This document shows, piece after piece, positions 25,295 through 36,286 of a stretch of 64,000 nucleotides of DNA. Origin of the DNA: Selaginella moellendorffii (taxonomy: Eukaryota; Plantae; Lycopodiophyta); assembly GCF_000143415.4 (NCBI RefSeq), contig NW_003314374.1:348978-412977 (forward strand), read 5' to 3'. The notes under the pieces were generated by a model. It was not told the DNA's origin. It worked only from the letters and a program-made list of their open reading frames with translations, and did not search any database. Made by a program: the position numbers and the translations under genes. Numbering within the stretch: position 1 is the first letter of the stretch; every line of letters starts with the position of its first letter.

Positions 25295-25654
25295 CTAGCC
25301 ATCGTGCTCCTGCTTCTCCTTGGATGCCTTCTCCAGACGATCAGCGATCCAGTGCGCGCGCGCCTTGTCCTTCTTCACGATCCGCTCCCACACCTCTGGC
25401 TTGGAGGCGTGTCGCCCGCTCTGGAGCTGGATTGTAAAACCCCCATTATTCTCGCTCCCGTCCAATTCCACCTCCTGCTTGCCGTGATCTTCCACTTTCG
25501 CGGCCTCCTTGCTGCCGTGGTCTTCCAGTTTCACGGCCTCCTTGCTGCCGTGATCTTCCAGCTTCGCGGCGTCCTTGCCGTGGTCTTGGGTCGCCGCCTC
25601 GGCCATGGCCACCAGCGCAATGCAAGAGAATAGGAGAAGAATCTTTGACACCAT
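25295..25654 (-). CDS. Small secreted protein with 10-aa repeats and an aspartic-protease-propeptide-like C-terminus
   Basis: Signal peptide MVSKILLLFSCIALVAMAEA; (K)LEDHGSKEAA repeats (30-bp units ~25478-25585); GFTIQL...IVKKDKARAHWIADRL. Confidence 0.65.
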   Translation of the reverse strand: MVSKILLLFSCIALVAMAEAATQDHGKDAAKLEDHGSKEAVKLEDHGSKEAAKVEDHGKQEVELDGSENNGGFTIQLQSGRHASKPEVWERIVKKDKARAHWIADRLEKASKEKQEHDG

Positions 25655-25817
25655 CCTGAAATGCCGACATTGGGAGAGATTTCAAGAGCCAGATAAGAGA
25701 TCTAGAGATCTAGAGAGGAAATTTCGCCTCTTACCTCGAGCAAATCGATCTCGCTCGCCTCGCCTTCTCCTTTCGCTTTACCCTAAAATATATTCGAGAG
25801 TTTTTAGGGTTTTGGCG

Positions 25818-27765
25818 ATGGCGGGGGCGCTGGCGTGTGTCCAATCCTCGTGGCGTTGCTGCGTAGCTCGCAATATGGTGCGCGGCCGATCGATCAGCTA
25901 CAGGAGCTTCCATGATGCGATCCCAGCGATCAAGCAGCAGCCATTTGTCTACAGGCAAGAGGTCTGTCCGAGCGATCGGTCGCGCGTTTCCCAGGATTAA
26001 TGGCGGCATTTCTCTTGTTTCTTTCTTTCCAGGTCCATGCGCCAATGTGCTCGATCCGAGACTTGCCGTGTGATTTTCCCGCTACTTCTTCTTCCCAGCC
26101 CCAAGCTCAGAGCTCGTCTACATTGTCCAAAGGACGCATTCTTCTCGTAGATGGAAGCGCTGTTATTTTTCGCGCCTACTACAAAGTCATGGGTAAGAAA
26201 GCTTCGTTCTTTTGCTCTATACGTAATTCTTTTCTCCTTTGGCAGCCAAGGCTCACCATAACTTGATACCAGAGCTAGAATCTGAGGCCGACTGGGTTTT
26301 AACAGTTTTCACAGCCTTCACCACAGTAAGTGCCATGCCACCATTGAATCTAACGTGATTTTTCCTTTGTTTCCTAGATACTGGGACTGCTCGACTTAAG
26401 CCCGTCTCACTTCGCTGTAAGTTTCTCGTTACACAATTCTGTGAGCTTACTCGAGTGCTTTAGGTTGTTTTCGATCATAAAGGTGGGTTTGCAGACGAGC
26501 AACGATGTAAGACGTGTGTGTGTGCATGTCTTTCGTGGTTTCTAAATTAGTTTTTGCCATCGGATGGAAAGTGCTAAAGTCATTTTCACAGGTCTGACTT
26601 TTCGGCATACGATGTTTCCCGAGTATAAGAAGAATCGTCCACCGACGCCAGACACGATTTATCAGGGCCTCGATCATCTTAGACCTGCTCTTGTTGCCAT
26701 GGGGATCAAAGTGATAGAAGTAAGTGAAATCAGTCTCTTTTTTTTTTCCTTGCAGTGGTGCAAGCCATATTTGTTTGTTGCAGGTTCCGGGCGTTGAAGC
26801 CGACGATGTGATCGCGACACTAGCAGTCTCAGCAGCGACTTCAGAGATGAAGGTAAAGATGAAGGTTCTTTCTAGTTGTTCTATTAAACGCTTGATAATC
26901 TTGTCTGCTCTCACAGGTACGAATCGTTTCACCCGACAAAGATTTCTTTCAAATATTATCTCCAGATATCCGACTTCTGAGGTTCGTTCCGAAAGGTGCC
27001 GGGTATGTTCTTCAGGTTCAGGTATATCTCCTGCTTGACCGTGTTTTCTCTGTAACAGGATGGTTTCGTTTGGCATGGAAGAGTTCTCAGCAAGATTTGG
27101 AAGCTTGGAACCAGCACAGTTTGTGGATGTACTGTCTCTTATAGGCGACACATGTGACAATATACCAGGCAAGTACTACCATACGATTGACTCAAGGCTA
27201 CGCTCCATAACTTGTAACATTGCAGGTATTCCAGGCATTGGCGAGAAAACTGCAATAGAGCTTATCACAAAGTTTGGTCAGTGTCTTCACTACTAGCAGC
27301 GTGATTTTCTTGCATAGCTGATGGACTCTCTAATTTTTCTCAGGGTCCGTTGAAAATTTGTTACAGCAAAGAGACAAAGTGACTACGAAGAGGGCTCTCA
27401 AGGGGCTTCTGGCTGACAAAGGCGAGGCTTTACTTAGCAAACGCCTGGTATATAATCCAGTTAAGCATTTCTCTATTGCTTACGTCCTGAGTTCCACAAG
27501 CAGGTCGCGCTGAGGGCGGATTTACCATCTTACATGCTACCATTTACAATGGATGATTTTATCTGGCGCAAAGTTCACGTAAGTCGTGCTGCGTGTTTTC
27601 TCTTTTCCATCTCAGTGTTCATGGAATGCTTGCTTCCGTCAGGATGATGGCCAGCGGCTGTTTCAACTTCTTAAAGCAATGAGCTCGTTTGTGGACGGCG
27701 AAATTCACGTCGAGCTACAGGACCGAATCTTGGGCTTGTGGAAAAAACTGGAAACAAAGCCGTGA
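25818..27765 (+). CDS. Organellar 5'-3' exonuclease (PolI-type flap exonuclease, OEX-like), many short exons
   Basis: ILLVDGSAVIFRAYY, FRHTMFPEYKKNR, VPGVEADDVIATLA, VSPDKDFFQ, LIGDTCDNIPG, GIGEKTA split by ~50-60-bp GT-AG introns. Confidence 0.9.
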
Positions 27766-27919
27766 GAGCGTCAGGAACGGGTTTACTGAGCAGGAGGGAG
27801 CCAATTTTTTGAAGGGAGGCTCCTCGAGCTAGAAAAAGTAGCACACGACCAGGACAAGTGTTCATTGGGCATATTCGTTGGGGCTTTGAGCTGGCGGTGA
27901 TGGCTATGGTACTTCTCAG

Positions 27920-28623
27920 ATGGCCAAGACAAGGGCTTCGAGGTTGATGTTGCGAGGTACAGGTTTTAGCTCCACAGCTCCACTGGGTTGTAGGCTCATA
28001 GAATGCGGGAATCCTGGAGCAATGGCTAGCTCCAGGAAATGGAAGAACAGGTCCAAGACTTCGAGGAAAAGAAGCGTTTTGGTCTTGGGGGCTGTTACAC
28101 CGGCTGCTGGAGACGCTGGGTGGGATTACAGCGAGAGTTTGCGTCAAGGCTTGCAGAATGGCAGTAGTGGTGGAAGCTCGAGGATTTATGCAAAGTGGAA
28201 ATGGTGGGAAAGGAAAAACGAGAGCGCTCTGGACAAGGACGAAGCATTACCGCTTCCGATGACTTATCCCAATTCAGAGCCACTTCCGAAGGAGGAGGTG
28301 GAGAAGGCGGCCAACTGCGATCCCGAGATAGAGGTACATCACCCCCCTGGGAAGAGAAAGAACTTACGCTCGAGTTTGTGGCTTGCAGAATTGTAAGAAC
28401 GTTGTGTACCAGTGGACGGGCGAGTGTAGACGTTGCCAAGGCACCGGAGTGGTGAGCTTCTATCGGAAGAATGGAAAGGAGGTGATTGGCAACTGCATCT
28501 CTTGTCTAGGAATAGGTGCGCGCCTCCATTTCTTCTTTGCTGCTTAGCTTACGTGAAAACTTCCTTGCAGGATATGTACACAAGCATACCAGCAGAGACG
28601 TGGAGCAAGACGAAATATCTTGA
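27920..28623 (+). CDS. SCO2: SCO2/CYO1-like DnaJ-type zinc-finger protein disulfide isomerase (chloroplast); start uncertain
   Basis: PLPMTYP...CDPEIE / [19 protein letters not shown]...[17 protein letters not shown] across two introns. Confidence 0.8.
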
Positions 28624-29388
28624 GGCCGAGTTCCACAAATCTTTTCGCGAAAATGGTCCGTTTCTCTCCCCCGCATTTTTGTTTCCATTCATTCCTGCGA
28701 GCAATAAAGCAGCAGCGGTCCGTTAAAAAGAGAGTTGGATCCAAGGAAGACGCACAAACAGAAAAACTGTGGCGAGAAAACATACTTAGCTGTCAGCTTC
28801 CTTTGCCGTGCCAAGATGTGGCCAAAGCTTCGCCACCCATCATCTTTGCCATTCCATTCGAGCTTGGATTGGATTTGTCTTTAAGCTCTCGGCCGCGAGG
28901 ATTCAGTTGGAGGAGCTTGAATGCTTGTCCATTGTTGTGGATATCCAGCTATGAAACCAACAAAACTCCACCCAACTCGAATCAGAGAAAAAGGAAACAA
29001 CCAACCAAACCTTTGCTCTTTTTGCTTGCGAGTTGCGACGCCCCGCTGCGCGACAAGGCTCAAATCTGTGAGCTTGATCCTGCAGCAGCAAGAGGGGGTC
29101 AAATTGGATATGCATTCCCCGGCTTTGCTGTTTTTGGTACCTCTCGCGTTTCTGACTTTTGCGGTATGTGCCCATGATTGGCTGCGGCTGTATACACGCA
29201 CAAAACTCCCGTAAAACTTGCTGGCTTTCGAGCATGTCTGGCATACTTGTTTTGTCATCTTTCCTTTTGCGTGTTGAACTTTCTGCAGAGCAACGCTGCA
29301 AAATCGGCGGATGTCTGTTAGACAAAATAGCAAAAGAAGAAACTAATGTGTGTGACTTGAACCTTTAGTGAATGATCTTCTTTTTGCA

Positions 29389-29428
29389 GTTCGCAAAGTT
29401 CGCAAAGTTCGCAAAGTTCGCAAAGTTC
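29389..29428 (+). repeat. 9-bp tandem repeat (GTTCGCAAA)x4
   Basis: Directly visible. Confidence 0.9.
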
Positions 29429-30105
29429 TGTGCGAGCTGACCTCACTGGACTAAAAAAACACCATCTTTTGCTTGGTGTCCACGAAACCAACTTCCATAA
29501 TCCACAAAATCCGCCTGCAAATGATGAGAGTTAGCAGGAGAAAAAGAAAGGAAATCTTTGCAAAGTCAAATACCACATCCGTTCGTAGAAGTCGGAGGAA
29601 AGGACGATGGTTTCGTACTGAACTGAAGCTCCTTTTTCTTCTTCTTTCTGCTCGGCTTGTAGTTTCTAGCTCGCTCGCTCGCTCGCTCGGAGTCTCGCGG
29701 AGAGTCGTAGGACGTTATGCTAAAGGGACAAAAACCAGCGCAGCTGCCATAATATCCTCCCATAAATGCAAGCCAAATTGCAGTTTTCGTTGATCTTTCG
29801 GAGTAACCCCATTATTTCTCTTCTTGTGCTCACCACCAGGCAGCAAATGCTCCGGCTGTCATAGCCCCGTAACTCTTTCCCTGGAACCACCTGTTCTTCC
29901 TCGTCTCTCCATTTTTTCCTCTCCTGATGTTGCTGTATTACGTCGGGCAAGTCTTCTCACTTCTCACAATTCTTCTTCTCGCAATTCTTTCCTTGGTTGG
30001 TTCCCAGCAGGAGAACGGAAGAAGGCTTCAGCAGCTCCAACAAGATTTTCGGCCGTGATATGGTAGCTTCCACCTGGAGTGGAATTCTTGCCGCGGCCAG
30101 ATAGT

Positions 30106-31276
30106 ATGGTCCCCAATTCTTACTTTAGAAGAGATGCAAATCCGGAGTCCATGTCTGGAGCGCTGAAGATGGAGCACGATGGCCTCTACTGGGGGCAGCA
30201 GCAGCAAATTGATCCACTCGGCCAGAACGTCTATCCTGTGCAGGCATCTGGAAGTTCTCAAGGAACCAGCATCCAGTTCTCTCCCTCCCCGTCTTCTTCG
30301 ACTCATCTCCAGGCACTCCGGGACTTTATGTCGCAAGGAAACAGCACCGGCAGTGTTCCACTGTATTCGCAGCAGCTAGTGCCACTGCCACCCCCGCTCT
30401 TGGTTCCACTGGGAGAAGATCCATCACACTTCAGCAGGTCTGCATTGCCGGATGTTGATATGCGCGGTCAATACCGGGGAGATGTCTTTGGCAGTGAGAA
30501 GACCCCGCACAGAACTCAGCTCCAGCGAGAAAGCCATATCCTTGCCGAGCGTCAAAGGCGAGAGGAAATGAACGATAAGTTCTCATCCCTCCGAGCAATG
30601 CTCCCGAAATCTTCAAAGGTATGTCTGTAGCCTGTAGAATATATGAGAGGTGGTACAGGGACTAAAAAATCAATTACCTGGCTTTTGCTGCAGAAAGACA
30701 AAGCGTCCATAGTCGGGGATACAATAAACTACGTTGTGGACCTCGAGAAGACGTTGAAACGACTCCAAGCTTGCAGAGCAAAGAGAAAAGGTTGCCACAT
30801 TCCAAAAGAGAAAAGTTTGAAAAGCTCACCATCATCCGACCCGAAGTTGGAGGCCTCGAAAACTGACACTGTAAGTATCGATCGGTTCCCAGGCAGCTCT
30901 GTTTCGATCATAACAGTCGTGAACTTATGCTGCAGGTCCAGAGATTGCCAGTCCAGGTCGAAGTTCAAGCGCTGGGAGAGCAGGCAGTAGTAAAACTGGT
31001 ATGTGGAAAATCGCCTAAGCTTGTTCTGAGAATACTGACAGCATTGGAGCAATGTAAAGTCGAGGTTCTCCAATCTAATGTCACCACCCTGGGAGATATT
31101 GCTGTTCATTTCTTCACAATAGAGGTTAGTACTTGCATAGTCCATGAATGAAAAAAAGGGAACTCTTACCAAGTTTTTCAACTCTGCAGCTCACTCCCGG
31201 TGTGAGTGCCACAACCGAAGAGCTCATCGCAGCTTTAGAAGCAGCTGCTGCTGCAATGAACTCCTCAACATCCTGA
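30106..31276 (+). CDS. bHLH transcription factor with C-terminal ACT-like domain (4 exons; start uncertain)
   Basis: HILAERQRREEMNDKFSSLRAMLP / KDKASIVGDTINYVVDLE; VKLVC...ILTALEQCKVEVLQSNV. Confidence 0.9.
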
Positions 31277-31295
31277 CCTGATTGTTCTGGCACCA

Positions 31296-31812
31296 TATAA
31301 CATGTTCATGATCGCGGTGCCCGTCACCACATTCGATTCCACCTTCAAGAGTTCTCACAATTCCCCATGATTCATTCAAGTGAGCTGCCAAAAATACACG
31401 CATTAAGAATACGAACATAAGTTATCCTGCTCGGGAGCTTACCATGAGTAGCAGCTCCGTGGTGGAAACCACGTTAGCATAGCGTTCCAAGAAACAACAT
31501 CCCGCTCTTCGAACCCCCGAAAATCTCTTCGTCAACCTTCCCATGCTTCTTGCGAAACATAAAGGAGCCTTGGACTTTCGAGAGGGTCTAAGAGCGGGAG
31601 ATTGCCTCATTTGTCGAAAGAGCTTCAGAGCCTCCTCCCTTGCTCGTGAGCAACCAGCAGCGAGATCATCGCGTTCCATATTGCTGCTCGGACACGAATC
31701 CGGTAAAAAACACCCCCGCGCTTTCCATAAGCATTCGCAACGCATCCTCTTCCCTACACGAGAGTCGAAATATATGAGCGGCGATCCGATATGAAGAAAT
31801 GGAAGCTCACCC
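31296..31812 (-). pseudogene. Collapsed, deletion-riddled copy of the 5' part of the DYW-PPR gene (17596-18720)
   Basis: Colinear near-exact blocks CATGTTCATGATCGCGGTGCCCGTCAC, CATAAGTTATCCTGCTCGGGAGCT, CAGCGAGATCATCGCGTTCCA, GAAGCTCACC. Confidence 0.85.
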
Positions 31813-32019
31813 GTCGTCGCTAAACTTTGGAGGCATATTCTCAGCTTGGTTTATCACTTTCTTCTTTTTTTTTCTTGTGTAATAGCATATGCTGCTCTAT
31901 TGAATTGATTAGCCTAACTACATGCAAGAAACACAGGCCACTCATGATAAGAAAAGAGTAGAACTCAATTTGCTGTACACAAGAACCATATTCTTGAGCT
32001 ATATACTACAAGGTGACAA

Positions 32020-33509
32020 TCAAGAACTCGGAGGACTCTCTAGAGCAAACCACCCAAACTTACCCCTTCGAAAATCCAGAAGCAATCTGGTTGCGGCCTG
32101 ATTGACATCGCCTTGAAACAGCTTTTGCGCCACGAGCTCAAGATAACTGCAGAGCGCATCACACCACCTCTTAGCCAAACAAAGCTTCAGACGAGACGGC
32201 CTTACTATTCTCCCGAGCAATCTTCCGCGTCTACTCTGTAGCGAGAGGTCAGCACCTTGGCTCCTGCATGGTTTTGTCAGACGCTATTGCCGAGGAACAA
32301 ACAGAATCACTGCGAACCTGCTGCTGGCAAACGCTTCAATCTCTCGACAAGCACCGCAGCAACTCCTGAAACTTCGTATGATTCTTGTCCGATGTCATTG
32401 CATATCGCGAGCTTCACCGCTGCAGCCTGATCGTCGAACTTCATAGGTAGGATCCCAGGCGAATCTAAAAGGTCTAGACCATCGTGAATCGTCGACCACC
32501 TGTGCATGGAACGATGTTGTGCTTATCAAGAATGGAGATCTAAGCTTTACCTTAGCTGACGGGTTACACCAGGCCGTGGTGCAGCTTCACATATTTTGCG
32601 TTTCAAGAGCCGATTGATGATGGAAGACTTGCCGATATTGGGAAAACCAACGACTGCTACTCTGACCTGTTCCAAACTATCAGGGGGAAACAAGAGAAAA
32701 CAAGAGATGCTATGCTCACCGAGCGAGGAAGAAGACCTTTATCCCTTCGCTTCGAATTTATGGTAGAAGCCACAGAGCCGGCTTGTCGAGTGAGTTTCAT
32801 AATCCCCTGTAAAGAGAACTCGCTCACAGAGAAATGAAGTGTTCGCAAAAACTCACCTTTCCTTGCTGGCCATTTGTAAATATGACAGGCATGTCTTTCG
32901 AAGCAAAGTATGAAGCCCAAGCGTTTCTATCCGCGGTAGAGATCATGTCTTCGCGATTGAGAACCAGTATCCTCTTTTTTCCACGGATCCATTTCTCAAG
33001 CTTTGGAAATATTTCCGGTTAGTAACATGTGCGAAGGAACTTATAGAACACTTACGTCGGGATGACCAGTGGCGGAAGGTATCCTCGCATCTCTTAGCTC
33101 CACAACAACGTCGACTAGAAGGAGCTGTTCCTTGAGATCTCTCTCGGCTTTGGCAATATGTCCAGGATACCACTACACTTCACAGAGGCATTAGAAAGAC
33201 GATAGAAGAAGGAAAAAGCGAGAAATTCACAAACCTGGACGTATCTTCCCGTTGTCATGAGCCGATTCATCTCGACATCCACGATCGGCCTCTCGTGCTT
33301 GAATGTTCTCACTGCCAGCGACGCTGTAGCCGAAATCCTCGAATAATTCCGTAGCGACTGCGATAATTTCACCGATAAAGCTCGCGAATCAACCGCATTC
33401 TCACCTTTCTGAGCAGCATCCTCTCTCCCGACCTCCATTTCTCTCCCCAGAAGCTGCCGCAGCGATCGCGAGTCGCCGAGCACCCTAAATCCGCGCTCAC
33501 GACCGCCAT
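32020..33509 (-). CDS. YlqF/RbgA-family circularly permuted GTPase (DAR GTPase 3-like, plastid ribosome assembly), multi-exon
   Basis: [63 protein letters not shown]. Confidence 0.88.
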
Positions 33510-33537
33510 AGCCAAAATGAAAAAGATCCCACGGAAT

Positions 33538-33557
33538 AAACCCTAGGGCTAGGGTTT
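33538..33557. promoter_or_regulatory. Inverted pair of telo-boxes (AAACCCTAG-GG-CTAGGGTTT) in the 73-bp divergent spacer
   Basis: Perfect 9-bp inverted repeat of the AAACCCTA motif between ATGs at 33509(-) and 33583(+). Confidence 0.65.
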
Positions 33558-33582
33558 GTGGTTTTCTTGGGGAGCAAGCACG

Positions 33583-33909
33583 ATGCAGGTAAGTAAGCGC
33601 TCGATCTCTCTTCCCATTTCCTCAGCGATTGGTAGCGATTTCTTGCAGGCCAGCGATCGATTCAACATAAACTCGCAGCTAGAGCATCTCCAGGCCAAGT
33701 ATGTGGGCACTGGGCACGCCGACCTCAATCGATTCGAGTGGGCGGTGAACATCCAGCGCGATAGCTATGCCTCGTACATCGGCCACTACCCGCTGCTCGC
33801 CTACTTCGCCATCGCCGAGAACGAATCGATCGGGCGCACGCGCTACAATTTCACGCAGAGGATGCTCCAGCCCTGTGGATTGCCGCCCGAGAGGGAGGAA
33901 GAAGCATAG
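33583..33909 (+). CDS. SF3B5: Splicing factor 3B subunit 5 (SF3b10); intron 33589-33648
   Basis: MQ|ASDRFNINSQLEHLQAKYVGTGHADLNRFEWAVNIQRDSYASYIGH...MLQPCGLPPERE. Confidence 0.96.
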   Translation: MQVSKRSISLPISSAIGSDFLQASDRFNINSQLEHLQAKYVGTGHADLNRFEWAVNIQRDSYASYIGHYPLLAYFAIAENESIGRTRYNFTQRMLQPCGLPPEREEEA

Positions 33910-34315
33910 CTAATGAATCTAGAACTCCCCAGGAGCTCGCAATGCGATGGCACAGCGCCATTGTTTGTGATGCCGGGAAGAAGCAGCTATGCCTGGAATA
34001 TGCTAATACATATCGAACGGTTGTAAACAAAAGGATCGGACGGCTACTGTATTGCCATGTGGACGCCATGCTGGCACGATTGGGACCTTGAATTGCGCGG
34101 TCGGATGGCACTAGAGCATAGGGGGACCCCCAGCGCCAGAGATTTATTTTGGGCGATCGCGAGAGGAATTTCTCCCAGCTCCATCCATCCAGAGGGAAGA
34201 TCGCAGGGCGCGCGCCGGCAAAGAAATGCTTCCAGTTCTAGCACAGTGATCTTCCCGAGATGAATGCCGCTCCGGCGGGGCCGAGATTTCACCAGCCGGA
34301 TGATGCTTGAGGACG

Positions 34316-35629
34316 ATGGAATTCGTAAGTGCCACTGGAAGAGAGGTTCTTAGCTAGGGTTTAAGCGGATTTCTCTCTTTCAGGTGGGTCGATTCCAGGC
34401 GCTGGTGCGAAATGTGGCTGTAGCTCTTGAGAAGCCCAACAAGGAGAGATCCAAATGCCCGAGATGCAAGGGCTCGGGGTTTCTGGCACAGAGAGCGCCG
34501 TGGGATTGGAGCCGTGGGACTGTCTCCAACGATCCTTGCTGGTTCTGCGAAGGGTTAGTGCTTTACTCTTTCTAGATGAGAATTTGCTCACAGATTCTCT
34601 CTGCTAGGATCGGTGTGATGCCTGTTGCTGGTCTCACTGGCTTCTTGCTCGCAAGAGCATCGCCAGCTTTCCACACTCGAGATATCAAAGCTCCCTCCCA
34701 GCTTCCAATCAAGGTGCAACTCTACCTGGGAAAATATCCAGGAACTCGGCCAAAGTTTTCCACGCACAAGGTTTGTGACAATCCAAAGGCCTTGCTCCAC
34801 GACTTTTCTCGAGTTCCCGACTGGCTTTGCGGCGAGGAGTTCCAGCACCTTGAGACGCCACGAGCACCGAAAACTAGCATGGCAAGCGGTGGAACTCTAT
34901 CCCCCAGGACCACTCCAGTCACAGGAACACGAAGAGGAAGCTCTAGTCTTTTCCGCACCAAGTCAAGCACACAACCCCGGCCTGATGGCGGCGTCCCTCG
35001 CTTCTCTCGCCAACTTGGGATGGCTTCGAGCACTCCTCGTTCGTCACCACCAGCTTACGGGACAAGGAGTCCCTCGTCTTCACCAAAGGAAAGACAGACA
35101 CCGGTGGTGTTGATACCAGTTCCTTCAACGCTCGAGTCGCCCAAGGATACCGTGGAAGCTGAAGACGCAGGAGCGCCGAAGTCTGTTCGCTTCGCTCGAA
35201 GAAATCCGAGACACTTCAAGGCACCCAGGAGAGAGAGGAACCGGATCCGAGAGGAGGCGGAGAAAGAGGCCGTGGAGAGAGCCCGGAGGAGTGTACAATC
35301 AGGCCCTGGCGCAACCGAGATGGAAAAACAAGACCAAGCTGGAGCTCCAAGCTCAGGTAATTGTTTCTACAGATTCATACATTCGTGCACGATCTAACTT
35401 GTTTGGTGGCTTTGTTTCCACAGGTCCAACACTTTGGTCCCTTAACGATCCGAGCAAGCCATCGTCGAGCTGGGCTTGGGCTTCCAAACTCCCTCTGCCT
35501 CCCTGGTTGGAGCCCTGGAAACGATCGTCACTGGGAAAGCATTTCTGGGTGAATCAGATGGTGTATGGAAGCCTCAAAGACCGCACTGCTGCACCACTCT
35601 CCCCAATGCCTAGTAAAGCATTTCTTTAG
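34316..35629 (+). CDS. Unknown protein with DnaJ-like CxxCxGxG zinc finger and S/P/R-rich tail (4 predicted exons)
   Basis: MEF|VGRF...CPRCKGSG...CWFCEG|IG; introns 34325-34383, ~34553-34608 and ~35357-35423 keep the frame to the stop at 35629. Confidence 0.6.
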
Positions 35630-35749
35630 AATCCCTTGCTTGTAAGCTTTCTTGGAAAGAAAGCTTAGTTTTAATCATATGACAGTTTATTCGTCAATTT
35701 GAGAGTGGTAGTCAACATCTTTGATTGACGTTCATTGACTTTGATACAA

Positions 35750-36005
35750 TTAATAGATGAGAAACATCCACGAGGTCCTGGATTCAATCCGGTAGATTGC
35801 CAGGGTACCACACCTCTTTGTGGATTTGTGGATGCTGTCCTTGGTGTGCAAGACACAACAAACCTGGTCCCTTTTCTTCCATTGCTTGGCAAATTCCTGT
35901 GAAGCAATGACACTGTGCCAGGATCTATAAACTCATTGCAGCCTCCCCAGATCGTCAAGCTTCAGGCCCAGAAAGATCCGGAACAAGATGATCCTCCCCA
36001 CCCTA
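35750..36005 (-). pseudogene. F-box gene fragment
   Basis: Minus-strand translation IILFRIFLGLKLDDLGRLQ*VYRSWHSVIASQEFAKQW is F-box-like with an internal stop. Confidence 0.55.
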
Positions 36006-36286
36006 GAAAGAAATAGCACCTAAATGGTAACCATTGCTCAGTCTAGTGGAGAACTTGTGCTTCTAATTTGTCCTATTTTAGTAACTATGTATAGTTTAAA
36101 TAATTTTTTCACCATATTTATGTATTATTTACTTATTATGTAAAAATCTTTTATATAGTGTTTGATTTGTTAAAACACCATAAGTACACACTTTTCACGA
36201 AGATGAGCTTCACCATTATTAAAAATAAATTAAAATAAAGTCAATAATCTTTTATAAAATAAATATAAATTGATAAAAATTCAGCA

